Source of the DNA: Candidatus Culexarchaeum nevadense
GTDB taxonomy: Archaea; Thermoproteota; Methanomethylicia; Culexarchaeales; Culexarchaeaceae
NCBI GenBank assembly: GCA_025060975.1
Contig: JANZKA010000002.1
Span: forward strand, 5,629-69,628
Length of the DNA stretch: 64,000 bases
Direction of reading: 5' to 3'
Below the pieces are notes generated by a model. That model saw only the letters and a program-made list of their open reading frames with translations. It did not search any database and was not told the DNA's origin. The translations under genes were made by a program, and so were the position numbers. Below are positions 47,266-56,871 of this stretch, piece after piece; position 1 is the stretch's first letter; each line of letters begins with the position of its first letter.

Positions 47266-48156
47266 TTATGAGAAGAGTTTTATCCTTTCCAGCAGACTTT
47301 TCATTGAGTATTTTAGTGAGAAGTGTAGCTCTGGATTATAGTATCTGGTATTCAGCTTCCTATCTAAGTACCTCCTAGATATTTCCTCCAATTCTAATCC
47401 CAGTACGTCCACTTTATCTGAAGCATATGTGAATGTCCATTCTCCACCGTATGATGGTACATAGTTAGAGTATATGCCAACGTATTTGAATATTTCCTTC
47501 AATGATTCCTGTATTTCCAGTATTCTTCTTCCATACATTTCATATCCTGATGATTGTAGGAGTAGTATGCCATCATCTTCCAGTATCCTTTTGATTTCCT
47601 TGAAGAATTCTTTCCCGTACAGTTGTATGGATGGTCCTGAGGGTTCTGGATCTGTTAAATCCATTAGTACGATATCGAATTTCTCGTTGGTTTCTTCCAC
47701 ATACTTTTTCCCATCTTCAATTACTATTTTGACTCTTGGATCTTCAAACGCACCTCTAGGTATGTTTGGCATGTATTTCTTGACGGCTTCTATTACTTCT
47801 TCATCTATTTCCACCATGATAACACTTTTTACACATCCATGTTTTAGTACTTCTCTTAATACTCCACCATCTCCTCCACCAAGTATTAGTATTTTCTCTG
47901 GTTTTTCATGGCTTATTAATGTGGGGTGCACGTGCATTTCATGGTATAAGTGTTCATCGAGTTCTGATAATTGTATTAGGTCATCTAACACTAGGCATCT
48001 CCCATATTCTTCGAAGTCTATTATCTCTATCTTCTGATATTTTGATTGTTTTGAGTATACTTTATTCTTAATTTTTAGCATTTTATATGTTGTTGGTGAT
48101 GTTTTTTCTATGTAGTATTCATCTATATATGGTTTTCTGAAGCTTATGCTATTCAT
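47266..48156 (-). CDS. speE: spermidine synthase / polyamine aminopropyltransferase
   Basis: ILILGGGDGGVLRE and VLMDLTDPE. 296 aa. Confidence 0.88.
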   Translation of the reverse strand: MNSISFRKPYIDEYYIEKTSPTTYKMLKIKNKVYSKQSKYQKIEIIDFEEYGRCLVLDDLIQLSELDEHLYHEMHVHPTLISHEKPEKILILGGGDGGVLREVLKHGCVKSVIMVEIDEEVIEAVKKYMPNIPRGAFEDPRVKIVIEDGKKYVEETNEKFDIVLMDLTDPEPSGPSIQLYGKEFFKEIKRILEDDGILLLQSSGYEMYGRRILEIQESLKEIFKYVGIYSNYVPSYGGEWTFTYASDKVDVLGLELEEISRRYLDRKLNTRYYNPELHFSLKYSMKSLLERIKLFS

Positions 48157-48213
48157 ATTTGGTCAATTTGAATTAAATGGATTAATTCAAATATAACTGT
48201 TACCATAATCTTA

Positions 48214-48582
48214 TTGGGTGTTATTTTGAGGGAATTTCTATTTGAAGGTAGAAATGTACTTGTAGGAGATATTCTTAGGGTTTTAGGTCTTTGTATGGGT
48301 AGACTTTGGTTTAGTGAGCTTGTAGCTGAAGTTAATGCATTTAGGTCTACATTGGGGGATGTAGATGTTGATGATGATAGTGTTAGAAATGCTTTGAGGG
48401 TTTTGGAGGCTTCTGGTGTTGTTGTCTGTGAAGAGAGGTTGAGAAGTCAGTTGATCGGTGAAAGTGTTCCTGATGTTCTTGTTTCCATAGTTGATTATGG
48501 ATCCTTAATGGATTTACTGAAGCTTGACAAGAGGTATAATGATTATGTTTATAGGTATCGTTCATCCCTTACATTATTATAA
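48214..48582 (+). CDS. hypothetical protein, possible winged-helix
   Basis: 122-aa ORF with TTG start. ..VGDILRVL..WFSELVAEV..VRNALRVLEASGVVV.. is wHTH-like by eye only. Confidence 0.35.
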   Translation: MGVILREFLFEGRNVLVGDILRVLGLCMGRLWFSELVAEVNAFRSTLGDVDVDDDSVRNALRVLEASGVVVCEERLRSQLIGESVPDVLVSIVDYGSLMDLLKLDKRYNDYVYRYRSSLTLL

Positions 48583-48588
48583 ATAATT

Positions 48589-49941
48589 TCAGATAGCTGT
48601 GAGATTCTTCCTTCTTTCTTCAATTATACTTTTAATATGATCTGGGTTTGGGGATCCGAGATTCTTCTTTAATTTAACATATTCTTGAACTCTTATGGGT
48701 ATGTTTGTATGTATTCCAAAATCCCTTTTTAGAATGTTTAATGCTTCTTGTATGTCGTTGTCTGATTCTCTTAATGCTTGAGCCATCATTTGATGAACTT
48801 TCCTATATGGAATTCCACACTTAACAGATATTAGTTCAGCGATTTCAGCTGCTATTACCGGATTATTCTCTACGTCTTGTCTCATTCTCCTATAGTTCAC
48901 TTTCATTCTACTTGTAGCATCTTCAATAACCTTTATTGAATCTTTAACTATTTTGGTTATGTTCCATAGGTGTTTCGTTACTTCTTGTAGGTCTAGATTG
49001 TATCCTGATGGTAACCCTTTAATTATCGTCATTATAGCTGTGTTTTCTCCTATTATTTCTCCAGCTTGTGCTCTTAGTATTTCCATGGTTACTGGGTTCT
49101 TCTTGTGGGGCATTATACTGCTTGTTGAGAGATGGCTTTCTGGGAGTTGTATGTAGTTGAATTGATTGGTTGACCATATTACAAGGTCTTCTGCTATTCT
49201 ACTTAGTGTTACTTGTAGTGCTGTTAGTATTGATGATGCAATCATAATGAAGCTCCTACTACCAGTAGCTCTAATAGTGTTTACTATGGTTTTACTCATT
49301 CCAAGCTTTTCAGCCATCCTATTCCTATCTATTGTTACTATGCTTCCGGATATTGCTCCTGCTCCTAGTGGGGATTCATCAACCACTTTGTTATTGATAT
49401 AGATTAGTAGGTCTTCATACCCTTCCATCTCTTCTTCTATGTATAGTAGGTAGTGTGCTAGTGTTGTTGGTTGTGCGGATTGTAGATGTGTGAAGCTTGG
49501 CATTATTGTATATACATGTTCTTCAGCTTTTTCCAGTAATGTTTTCCTGAATTTTCGTAGTTCTTTTATTATTTCGGAGATTTCCTTTTTCAAATGTAGT
49601 CTTATTGCTGTGGCTACATGGTCATTTCTGCTTTTTCCTAGACCTATCAGCTTGGCTTCTTCTCCAATTTCTTCTTCTAATGCAATTTCTATTGCTTCGT
49701 GTATGTCTTCTGCATAATCTTTAAATTTGAATATTTTGTTTGGGTTTCTCAAGATTTCATCTAGTGCTTTTACTATTTTGTCTCTTTGCTCTCTACTAAT
49801 TAATTTTTGTTCCATTAATTCTTCTAAATGCACCTTTAAGGCTGTAATTACTTCTGTTGTTATTTCAATATCTTCTTCCATTGAGCTTTCATATTTTATT
49901 AGCCATTCTTCATGTTTTCCTAGGAGTCCTCTTCTATACAT
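48589..49941 (-). CDS. argH: argininosuccinate lyase
   Basis: STSSIMPHKKNPV signature. 450 aa. Confidence 0.9.
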   Translation of the reverse strand: MYRRGLLGKHEEWLIKYESSMEEDIEITTEVITALKVHLEELMEQKLISREQRDKIVKALDEILRNPNKIFKFKDYAEDIHEAIEIALEEEIGEEAKLIGLGKSRNDHVATAIRLHLKKEISEIIKELRKFRKTLLEKAEEHVYTIMPSFTHLQSAQPTTLAHYLLYIEEEMEGYEDLLIYINNKVVDESPLGAGAISGSIVTIDRNRMAEKLGMSKTIVNTIRATGSRSFIMIASSILTALQVTLSRIAEDLVIWSTNQFNYIQLPESHLSTSSIMPHKKNPVTMEILRAQAGEIIGENTAIMTIIKGLPSGYNLDLQEVTKHLWNITKIVKDSIKVIEDATSRMKVNYRRMRQDVENNPVIAAEIAELISVKCGIPYRKVHQMMAQALRESDNDIQEALNILKRDFGIHTNIPIRVQEYVKLKKNLGSPNPDHIKSIIEERRKNLTAI

Positions 49942-49950
49942 TATTTTCCG

Positions 49951-51144
49951 TTAACCTCCATACATCTTTAACTTTCTATTTGCAATTACTGTTTGCATAC
50001 CCCAAATCTCTATGAACCCTTCAGCCATTTTCTGATTAAATATGCTCCAAGCTTCGTATGTTGCTAACTCCTTGTTGTATATGCTGTATTCCGATCTTCT
50101 GCCAACACAGATCATTCCACCTTTGTATAACTTCACTTTAACTTCCCCGTTTACCCTCTTTTGTGTCTCGTTTATGAAGGCTTCTAGAGCTTTTCTGAGG
50201 GGGTTCATCCATAATCCAGCGTATACTAGGTTTGTCCATTCATCGTCAACTAATCTTTTGAATTGTAGTTCTTGTGTTGTTAGAGTCATTTTTTCGAGGT
50301 CTTTGTGGGCTTCTATGGCTATTAATGCTGCTGGAGCTTCATAAACTTCCCTCGACTTTAACCCTACAACTCTGTCTTCTATGTGATCTATTCTTCCAAC
50401 ACCATGTTTTCCACCAATTTCATTTAGTTTCATTATTATTTCTTTCGGGTTCATGTGTTCACCATTTATCTTTGTGGGCATTCCATTGTTGAATGATATT
50501 TCTATGATTTCTGGGTTTTCAGGGGCTTTCTTGGGGTTTACTGTTATTTTGAATATTTCTTCTGGTGGTTCTTGGTATGGGTCTTCGAGAACTCCACATT
50601 CTATGCTTCTACCCCATAGGTTTTCGTCTATGCTGTATGGGCTTTCACTAATCTTTAATGGTAACATCTTCTTTTTGGCATATTCTATTTCCCAGTCTCT
50701 TGTTAACCCTAACTCTCTTACTGGAGCTATAACTTTTATGTTTGGGTTTATGGCTTTTATTGTTACATCAAATCTTATTTGATCATTTCCTTTACCTGTA
50801 CATCCATGTGCTACGGCGTCAGCCCCCTCCTTTTCCGCTATTTCCACGAGCTTCTTTGCTATTAGTGGTCTTGATATTGCACTTGATACTGGGTATTTCT
50901 GTTGGTATAATGCGTTTGCCTTTAATGCTGGTAGCACGTATTCATTTACGAATTCATCTCTAGCATCTATATTGTAATGCTTTATTGCACCAGTTTTTAA
51001 TGCTCTTTCCTCTACTTCCTCATAATCCTTTTCTTGTCCAAGATTTAATGTTAAAGTTATTACTTCAGCGTTGTACTTTTCTTGTAGTAATTTCAATATT
51101 ACTGTGGTGTCAAGTCCTCCTGAATATGCGAGTACAACTTTCAT
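49951..51144 (-). CDS. argG: argininosuccinate synthase
   Basis: AYSGGLDTT ATP motif and ..HGCTGKGNDQIRF... 397 aa. Confidence 0.92.
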   Translation of the reverse strand: MKVVLAYSGGLDTTVILKLLQEKYNAEVITLTLNLGQEKDYEEVEERALKTGAIKHYNIDARDEFVNEYVLPALKANALYQQKYPVSSAISRPLIAKKLVEIAEKEGADAVAHGCTGKGNDQIRFDVTIKAINPNIKVIAPVRELGLTRDWEIEYAKKKMLPLKISESPYSIDENLWGRSIECGVLEDPYQEPPEEIFKITVNPKKAPENPEIIEISFNNGMPTKINGEHMNPKEIIMKLNEIGGKHGVGRIDHIEDRVVGLKSREVYEAPAALIAIEAHKDLEKMTLTTQELQFKRLVDDEWTNLVYAGLWMNPLRKALEAFINETQKRVNGEVKVKLYKGGMICVGRRSEYSIYNKELATYEAWSIFNQKMAEGFIEIWGMQTVIANRKLKMYGG

Positions 51145-51201
51145 TATGGTTCATTTTAGGAGGTTCATTCTGTATGCTTTATATGTTTTGTATCTTTTGA
51201 A

Positions 51202-51921
51202 TCATTTCAGTTCTTCTTGTGTTATATTTGTTGTTCTATTTCTATGCTTAATTATCATGTCTTCTACTATATTGTATGCTTTTTGAGCATCTTTTCTATC
51301 AACTATTAGTATGGTGTCTTCGTGGCATGATATTATTTGTGTTATGTTTATTCCATTCCAAGCTAGTTGGGTTGTTACATATGAAACAAATCCTGGTATT
51401 TCTATAACTTCTACTGGGCTCACTATTATTATGGCTGATTGATCATCTATTATCTTTTCCACGTTCTTTTCGCCGCCAACTTCCATTATAACTTCATCTA
51501 TGATCTTTTTATCGCAACTTATCGTGAAGGTTCTTGTGCCTTGTGTTAATTGGAAGAATCTTGATTTTGATGCTATCTTCATTAATTCTCCAAGTTTATC
51601 CACAAGTAGTGCTTGTTTAACGGTTACAACTACTATGTCGCTTTTCAATTCTACTGTGCTATTCTTCAGTAGCCAACTTATTCTCTCCTCTGTTAACTTC
51701 CATTTCCCGGATATTTCTTGTGAAAATCTTATTAGTGCAACTTTTATAGCTTCATTTCTAATCTTCTTTGTTTTTATCACATTTTCAATTTCACTCTTTA
51801 TTAGAGTTGCTAGTGATGAGTAGTTTATTATGTCCATTTTCATGCAGTCGATTATGCTTGGATGCTGTAATACAATGTTCTTCGTTACTTCAGCTATCGA
51901 TGGTGGACTGTCTCTTTGCAT
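51202..51921 (-). CDS. hypothetical protein with C-terminal ACT-like domain
   Basis: The C-terminal ~70 aa (EIPGFVSYVTTQLAWNGINITQIISCHEDTILIVDRKDAQKAY) looks like an ACT fold. The N-terminal part is unassigned. Confidence 0.5.
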   Translation of the reverse strand: MQRDSPPSIAEVTKNIVLQHPSIIDCMKMDIINYSSLATLIKSEIENVIKTKKIRNEAIKVALIRFSQEISGKWKLTEERISWLLKNSTVELKSDIVVVTVKQALLVDKLGELMKIASKSRFFQLTQGTRTFTISCDKKIIDEVIMEVGGEKNVEKIIDDQSAIIIVSPVEVIEIPGFVSYVTTQLAWNGINITQIISCHEDTILIVDRKDAQKAYNIVEDMIIKHRNRTTNITQEELK

Positions 51922-51987
51922 TTTAGTTTTACCTCATTTGGTTACGTAGTTTGATTTGAAGTTTAATAAATGTTGTGTGGTTTACAT

Positions 51988-52299
51988 TCACCCTGGCAGT
52001 ATTGCTATTGCTTCAACATCCTCTTTTCCAGTCTTCTTTATCCCTTGCTTTGTGTTTGGTGGGATTAGTATTATGTCTCCAGGTTTTATTTCTTTTTCCC
52101 ATCCTTCGAAGATGACTTTCCCTTCTCCCTTCAAGACTACTATTATTTCTCCATGTGGGTGTGAGTGTGGATCTACTGTTCCCTCTATAACCACATATCT
52201 GACTATTGCTGGTATCCCTAATTCCATGTTTGCTAATGTTTTTCTTTTGCCATAATCTGTCTTCTCCCATTCAATTTCATCTATTCTTTTTACGCTCAA
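51988..52299 (-). CDS. cupin-domain protein
   Basis: HSHPHGEIIVVLKGEG ... GDIILIPPN cupin motifs. 103 aa. Confidence 0.75.
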   Translation of the reverse strand: MSVKRIDEIEWEKTDYGKRKTLANMELGIPAIVRYVVIEGTVDPHSHPHGEIIVVLKGEGKVIFEGWEKEIKPGDIILIPPNTKQGIKKTGKEDVEAIAILPG

Positions 52300-52300
52300 C

Positions 52301-53509
52301 TTAATTCCCCCTAAACTCCCCTTTAACTTCTTCTAGTAAGTTTTTGTTTAGGAATAAGTCCATGGCACTTCCAACTAGAACTTTTGTTGATAGTATCGTT
52401 CTCTTCTTTCCTTCTTCAGTCATGGTTGCTTCTGCAAATTCTCTTGAGTGTCCGGGTATAATTTGATCTGTTATTGGTATGGATGCTGATATTGCGGGAA
52501 CTACCTGTGTTACATTTCCAAAATCTGTTGAAGCTACAGGTCCTCTCCTCAAGTATTCTTCCATTGGCATTACTTTGAATCCATGTTCTTCGAGGTTTTT
52601 ATCCACGATGTCTGCAAGTTTGTGGTATATCTTTTTCTCCCTGTAGAGTGGACCTACTTCTTCTATTTCGTATTTTGCTTCTGTCATTATTGCGGCTCCC
52701 TTTATGCAGTTGAAAACCTTTTCTTTAAGGATATTTAGGTAGTTTATGTCTGCTGCTCTTATGCCTATTCTTGCTTCAGCGTAATCTGGAATAACATTTG
52801 ATGCTTCTCCACCTTTAACTATTATTCCATGTATTCTTGCATCTCTCCTAATATGTTGCCTGAGGGCATCTATCCCCCTAAACATTATCATAACTGCATT
52901 TAATGCGTTTATCCCCATTTCTGGGTTTGCAGCTGCATGTGCTGTTCTCCCTCTAAATACTACTTTGAAGCCTTGTACTGCGAGGGCTTCTGTTCTTGTG
53001 GCTGCATATCTCCCTGTTGTTGGATGCATCATTAGAACTGCATCTATGTCTTTGAATACCCCTCTTTCAACCATGATTATCTTGCTTCCAGCATATGGCC
53101 CATTGCCTTCTTCAGCTGGGGTTCCTATGACCATTATTTCCCCCTCTATTTCTGGTAGAACTTTTGATATTGCTATTGCGGCTCCCACAGCTGTGGCTGC
53201 TATTACATTGTGACCGCATCCATGACCTATCCCAGGTAGTGCATCATATTCAGCTAGGAATGCTATTTTTGTTTTTTCGCTGAGGCCTGTGAATGAAGCT
53301 TTAAATGCTGTTTTCATTCCAAGTAGTTCCTTTTCAATTTTGAATCCATGTTTAGCTAGGATTTCTGTTAGGAGGCTGCATGCTTTATATTCTTCACTTC
53401 CAAGTTCTGGATTCATGTATAAGTATTCGCTTATGTAGAGTATTTCGTTGCTAAGTTTATCCACCCATGATAGTGCTTCTAACTTGTAATTTTTGTCGTT
53501 ATTGCCCAA
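52301..53509 (-). CDS. M20-family amidohydrolase/peptidase (AbgB-like)
   Basis: GIGHGCGHN, GTPAEEG and TAHAA. 402 aa. Confidence 0.8.
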   Translation of the reverse strand: MGNNDKNYKLEALSWVDKLSNEILYISEYLYMNPELGSEEYKACSLLTEILAKHGFKIEKELLGMKTAFKASFTGLSEKTKIAFLAEYDALPGIGHGCGHNVIAATAVGAAIAISKVLPEIEGEIMVIGTPAEEGNGPYAGSKIIMVERGVFKDIDAVLMMHPTTGRYAATRTEALAVQGFKVVFRGRTAHAAANPEMGINALNAVMIMFRGIDALRQHIRRDARIHGIIVKGGEASNVIPDYAEARIGIRAADINYLNILKEKVFNCIKGAAIMTEAKYEIEEVGPLYREKKIYHKLADIVDKNLEEHGFKVMPMEEYLRRGPVASTDFGNVTQVVPAISASIPITDQIIPGHSREFAEATMTEEGKKRTILSTKVLVGSAMDLFLNKNLLEEVKGEFRGN

Positions 53510-53565
53510 TTTGTTTTCACCTTACTATAGACTAATTGATGGTTTTACAACGTATTTAACGTTTA

Positions 53566-54288
53566 TTGTGGGATGTGCATACACATTTATTTCCATTTGA
53601 ACATACGTTTATTGATATGTTAGTTGTGGTTTCCCCTGATGTTAGGAGTGCTTTTCCAGATATACGTTTATGTTCAGCTTTGATTAGAGGGTTACATATT
53701 GACGAATGTAATCCGTTTCTTGATTTAGAGGTTAAGAGGATTGAGGAGGATTTTAGACGTAGATTGCCTCTTGGTGCTCTTAAGGATTATGGTAATGTTA
53801 GAGCTTATAGGGATTTCTATTGGCGTATCGGTATAGATCCCACTAAGCAGAGGCCTGCTGCTGAAGCTTTGATTAGGAGGGTTTTGCAAGGGAAGTCTAT
53901 TCCAAGGATAAATGTGGCTGTTGACTCTATAAATTTGGCTTCGATGATGTTTGTTGTGTCTATAGCGGCATATGATTATGATAAGATTGTAGGTAAAGTT
54001 GTTTTGAGATGGTCTAGGGATGGTGAACTTTTCATGGGTATTGGCGATTTAGAGGCTAAACCTATTCCTAGACAACTGGTTTTAGCTGATGATGAGAAGA
54101 TAATTGGCTTGTATCCGCATAGGGATTCTGAGCTTTCTAAGATAACTCTATCCACTAAAAATGTTCTTCTCATATCATGTGGTGTACCTGGAGTTTCATT
54201 GGATTCCTTGCGTGATGCCATTATCTTTGCTTGGAAGCTTCTTGAAGATTATTGTGGAGGTAAATGTGTTTCCTTTGAGTGTATTTGA
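53566..54288 (+). CDS. B3/B4 tRNA-binding-domain protein (PheRS-beta editing-domain homologue)
   Basis: ..DPTKQRPAAEALIRRVLQGKSIPRINVAVDSINLASM.. is typical of the B3_4 domain. The likely true start is the ATG at 53617 (MLVVVSPDV..). Confidence 0.7.
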   Translation: MWDVHTHLFPFEHTFIDMLVVVSPDVRSAFPDIRLCSALIRGLHIDECNPFLDLEVKRIEEDFRRRLPLGALKDYGNVRAYRDFYWRIGIDPTKQRPAAEALIRRVLQGKSIPRINVAVDSINLASMMFVVSIAAYDYDKIVGKVVLRWSRDGELFMGIGDLEAKPIPRQLVLADDEKIIGLYPHRDSELSKITLSTKNVLLISCGVPGVSLDSLRDAIIFAWKLLEDYCGGKCVSFECI

Positions 54289-55013
54289 CCTTTCTTCATC
54301 AAAAGCTCTTTGAGTATTGGTATGTTTAAAATCTTCTTTTCTTCCATTAAATCCCAGTATATTCCTTTAGGTTTATCCCTAATTCTATTCGTTTTTATGA
54401 TTCTCGTTGGGGTTATTATTATGTCTACTGGGACGTCATATGGTTCGACTTTGAAATCGTATTCCACAACTTGTATATCATGTACTGTTGTTACTACTGG
54501 TGTTTCCTCAGAAACTTTACCATATTCTCTTAGTAAACCCCATTCTATTTCTGAATATCCCTCCCCCTTTCCAATTCTATCTCCCTTCATGTTTACAGCT
54601 ACACTTCCAACGACTACCAAATTCACTTTTGGAATGTCTTTTGGATCTGTTTTCAATCCATATTGGAAGCTTCCCTTTATTGTGGATGCATAATCGTATA
54701 GTCTTTTATCTATTCTTTTAGGGTCTAGTGTTAGGAATCCTTCTGAAATTCTTGGTGTTGGCATTATGAGGGTTTTCCCATGTATTAGAGCGTATCTCCT
54801 AACAGGTTTTTGGGGTGAATCCGGATTTACTTTTACAACTTCAGCTTTCTTCCATAAGTCTAGTTGTATTAGTTTTTTTGCAGCTTCTTCTGCTCCTATG
54901 AAGTTTGGTATTCTCCCATATGCCCCTGGGAACGTTGCAATCTTGTTCTCCGTCATTTTCCTCCATATTTCATTCCTAATTTCTTCTTTTGTCATTTGTT
55001 TGTCTTTCCCCAT
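54249..55013 (-). CDS. 5-formyltetrahydrofolate cyclo-ligase family protein
   Basis: ..EIRNEIWRKM..YGRIPNFIGAEEAA..VNPDSPQKPVRR..GKTLIMPTPR.. resembles archaeal MTHFS-family proteins. Begins 1 nt after the M28 gene's stop. Confidence 0.65.
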   Translation of the reverse strand: MGKDKQMTKEEIRNEIWRKMTENKIATFPGAYGRIPNFIGAEEAAKKLIQLDLWKKAEVVKVNPDSPQKPVRRYALIHGKTLIMPTPRISEGFLTLDPKRIDKRLYDYASTIKGSFQYGLKTDPKDIPKVNLVVVGSVAVNMKGDRIGKGEGYSEIEWGLLREYGKVSEETPVVTTVHDIQVVEYDFKVEPYDVPVDIIITPTRIIKTNRIRDKPKGIYWDLMEEKKILNIPILKELLMKKGQIHSKETHLPPQ

Positions 55014-55014
55014 T

Positions 55015-56808
55015 TCAGATTACCCTTAATGATAATTCCACAATTCTTATAGAGTTGTTTAATGCATCTAGAATCTTCTTCCTATCTCTAAGTATCTTTG
55101 TTTCCCATAATCTAATTTCATTTTCTCTACCTTTCAGCTCTAACAGTTTGTTTATGGATTTGTATAGTATTGGTATTGGTTTTCCAGTTAAGTAATATCC
55201 GTATGGATCATAATCGTATCTTCCAGCTTCTGTCATTATGATGTTTGATAGTTCATGGCTTATCCTTATTAGAGCTTTATTTACTATTTCAGCTCTAGTT
55301 TCAACTTTATCCGTGAACCCCCTCTTCTCACTTTCTTCTTCAATTTCTCTTGCAGCTTGCTCAAGTTTCTCCACTAACTTCAATAATGTTTCGCATCTCT
55401 CTATAGTGTCGTTTATACTGATATTCGTCAGCCCCCTAAGGGTTTCATCATACTTCTCTAGGTTGATCATTAATGTTTTTACAAGTTCCTTTTCATTGTA
55501 TGGTATTATTAGTTTATTGCATAATCTCAGTATCAGTTTTATGTAGAATTTCATGTGCATATCGTAGAGTTCTGGGTCTAATTTGTCTATGGTATCTGCT
55601 TCACTATGTATCCATGGACTTAAACTTGCATAATTTAGTTCTCTCAACTTTTCTTCAGTGTATTCTGTGCTGAATGATATGTATGGTACTCCAATTCCCA
55701 TGAAGGATTCATCTCCACCCATATATGGTTGCTTCCAAACTCCAGTTTTACCCCAAACTTCTTCAACTATTTTTAGTGCAAAATCTTTCAATTCAATAGA
55801 GCATCTAACTGTTGGTACTTCTGTTCCAACTATTCCGGGATTATCTATGTTTACGTATGCTATGCAGTTTTCATCTATTATGTTCCAGTATGTATCGACA
55901 AACCATGCGGATCCCGCTGCTTCAGCTATTTCATGTCCATCCCAGAATCCAAATACTATATTCCTCTTCAAGTCCCCCTTATGCTTAGCCATTACTCTGG
56001 CTATTTCCATCATCATTGCATTCCCACTTGAATTGCATATTGCAGTTTTACCCCAAGCTTCTAGGTGTCCTCCAACTATTATGAATTCCCTCCTCTCCAC
56101 GCTGAGATCGGCCATTGGTTGTACTGCTTTTACCCATAGGTTTTCTGAAGCGCCTCTAAGCCAAACCTTCACTTTCCCATGTTCTTTCAATAGTTTTTTA
56201 AGGTATTCTCCTGCTGCCCTCGTTATGCTTATGACTGTTATTTTCGGTATTTTTTCCCATCCTTCTGGTGTGGGGTTTCCCCATACTGATTTAACAGCCC
56301 CCTTCTGTATTACTGGGTTTTCTATGGAGCCCCAATTCATTATTACAAGTGCTTTTGCTCCTTGCTCGTATGCTATTCTGGCTTTTTCAGGTCTTGGTGG
56401 ACTCCAGCTCATTTCCACGAGTACTATCTTCCCATTGACATCTATTCCTTTATAGTCTTCATATCCTCCAGCTCCAGCATACACTAGTTCTCCACTTATT
56501 CCTTCAATTAGGGTTGATGTTATGTGTCCACATGGCTTTGCTTCTATGACTGTTTGTTCGGGTTCTATTACTTTCATTAATGCATCTTTTGGGTAGCTAT
56601 GGTATATTGGGAATCTGTCGATCCACGTTTTTAAACCGTACTCGGATAGTTTTTCGGTTATGTATTTTGCTGCTTTTTCAATTTCCATGCTTCCAGCAAT
56701 TCTTTCCCCAATTTCTTCAACTAGGAATTTTATATGTTCGAATGCCTTTTCTGTAGAAGCTTCTCTAATGATTTCTTCCTCTAGTTTCCTCATTTTTTCA
56801 TGCCACAT
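55015..56808 (-). CDS. M28-family metallopeptidase with PA domain and helical C-terminal domain
   Basis: IIVGGHLEAW and FGFWDGHEIAEAAGSAWFV metal-ligand contexts. PA-like insert (..DVNGKIVLVE..). 597 aa. Confidence 0.7.
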   Translation of the reverse strand: MWHEKMRKLEEEIIREASTEKAFEHIKFLVEEIGERIAGSMEIEKAAKYITEKLSEYGLKTWIDRFPIYHSYPKDALMKVIEPEQTVIEAKPCGHITSTLIEGISGELVYAGAGGYEDYKGIDVNGKIVLVEMSWSPPRPEKARIAYEQGAKALVIMNWGSIENPVIQKGAVKSVWGNPTPEGWEKIPKITVISITRAAGEYLKKLLKEHGKVKVWLRGASENLWVKAVQPMADLSVERREFIIVGGHLEAWGKTAICNSSGNAMMMEIARVMAKHKGDLKRNIVFGFWDGHEIAEAAGSAWFVDTYWNIIDENCIAYVNIDNPGIVGTEVPTVRCSIELKDFALKIVEEVWGKTGVWKQPYMGGDESFMGIGVPYISFSTEYTEEKLRELNYASLSPWIHSEADTIDKLDPELYDMHMKFYIKLILRLCNKLIIPYNEKELVKTLMINLEKYDETLRGLTNISINDTIERCETLLKLVEKLEQAAREIEEESEKRGFTDKVETRAEIVNKALIRISHELSNIIMTEAGRYDYDPYGYYLTGKPIPILYKSINKLLELKGRENEIRLWETKILRDRKKILDALNNSIRIVELSLRVI

Positions 56809-56871
56809 ACGTATTACCTTTTATGAATAGTTTCATATAATGATTATCACATATGTTTATGTGGTGTTCTT

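Noticed and set aside
55658-56455. Long antisense ORFs opposite confidently assigned genes. Examples: 55658-56455(+) 265 aa, 47474-48037(+), 41330-41848(+), 22589-23086(+), 9185-9706(+), 28551-29072(-), 11020-11385(-).
   Set aside because: Their translations are low-complexity S/F/L/I-rich strings with no motifs, and each lies inside a gene with clear family signatures on the other strand. The purine/A-rich coding strands leave the complement poor in stop codons, which explains the open frames.
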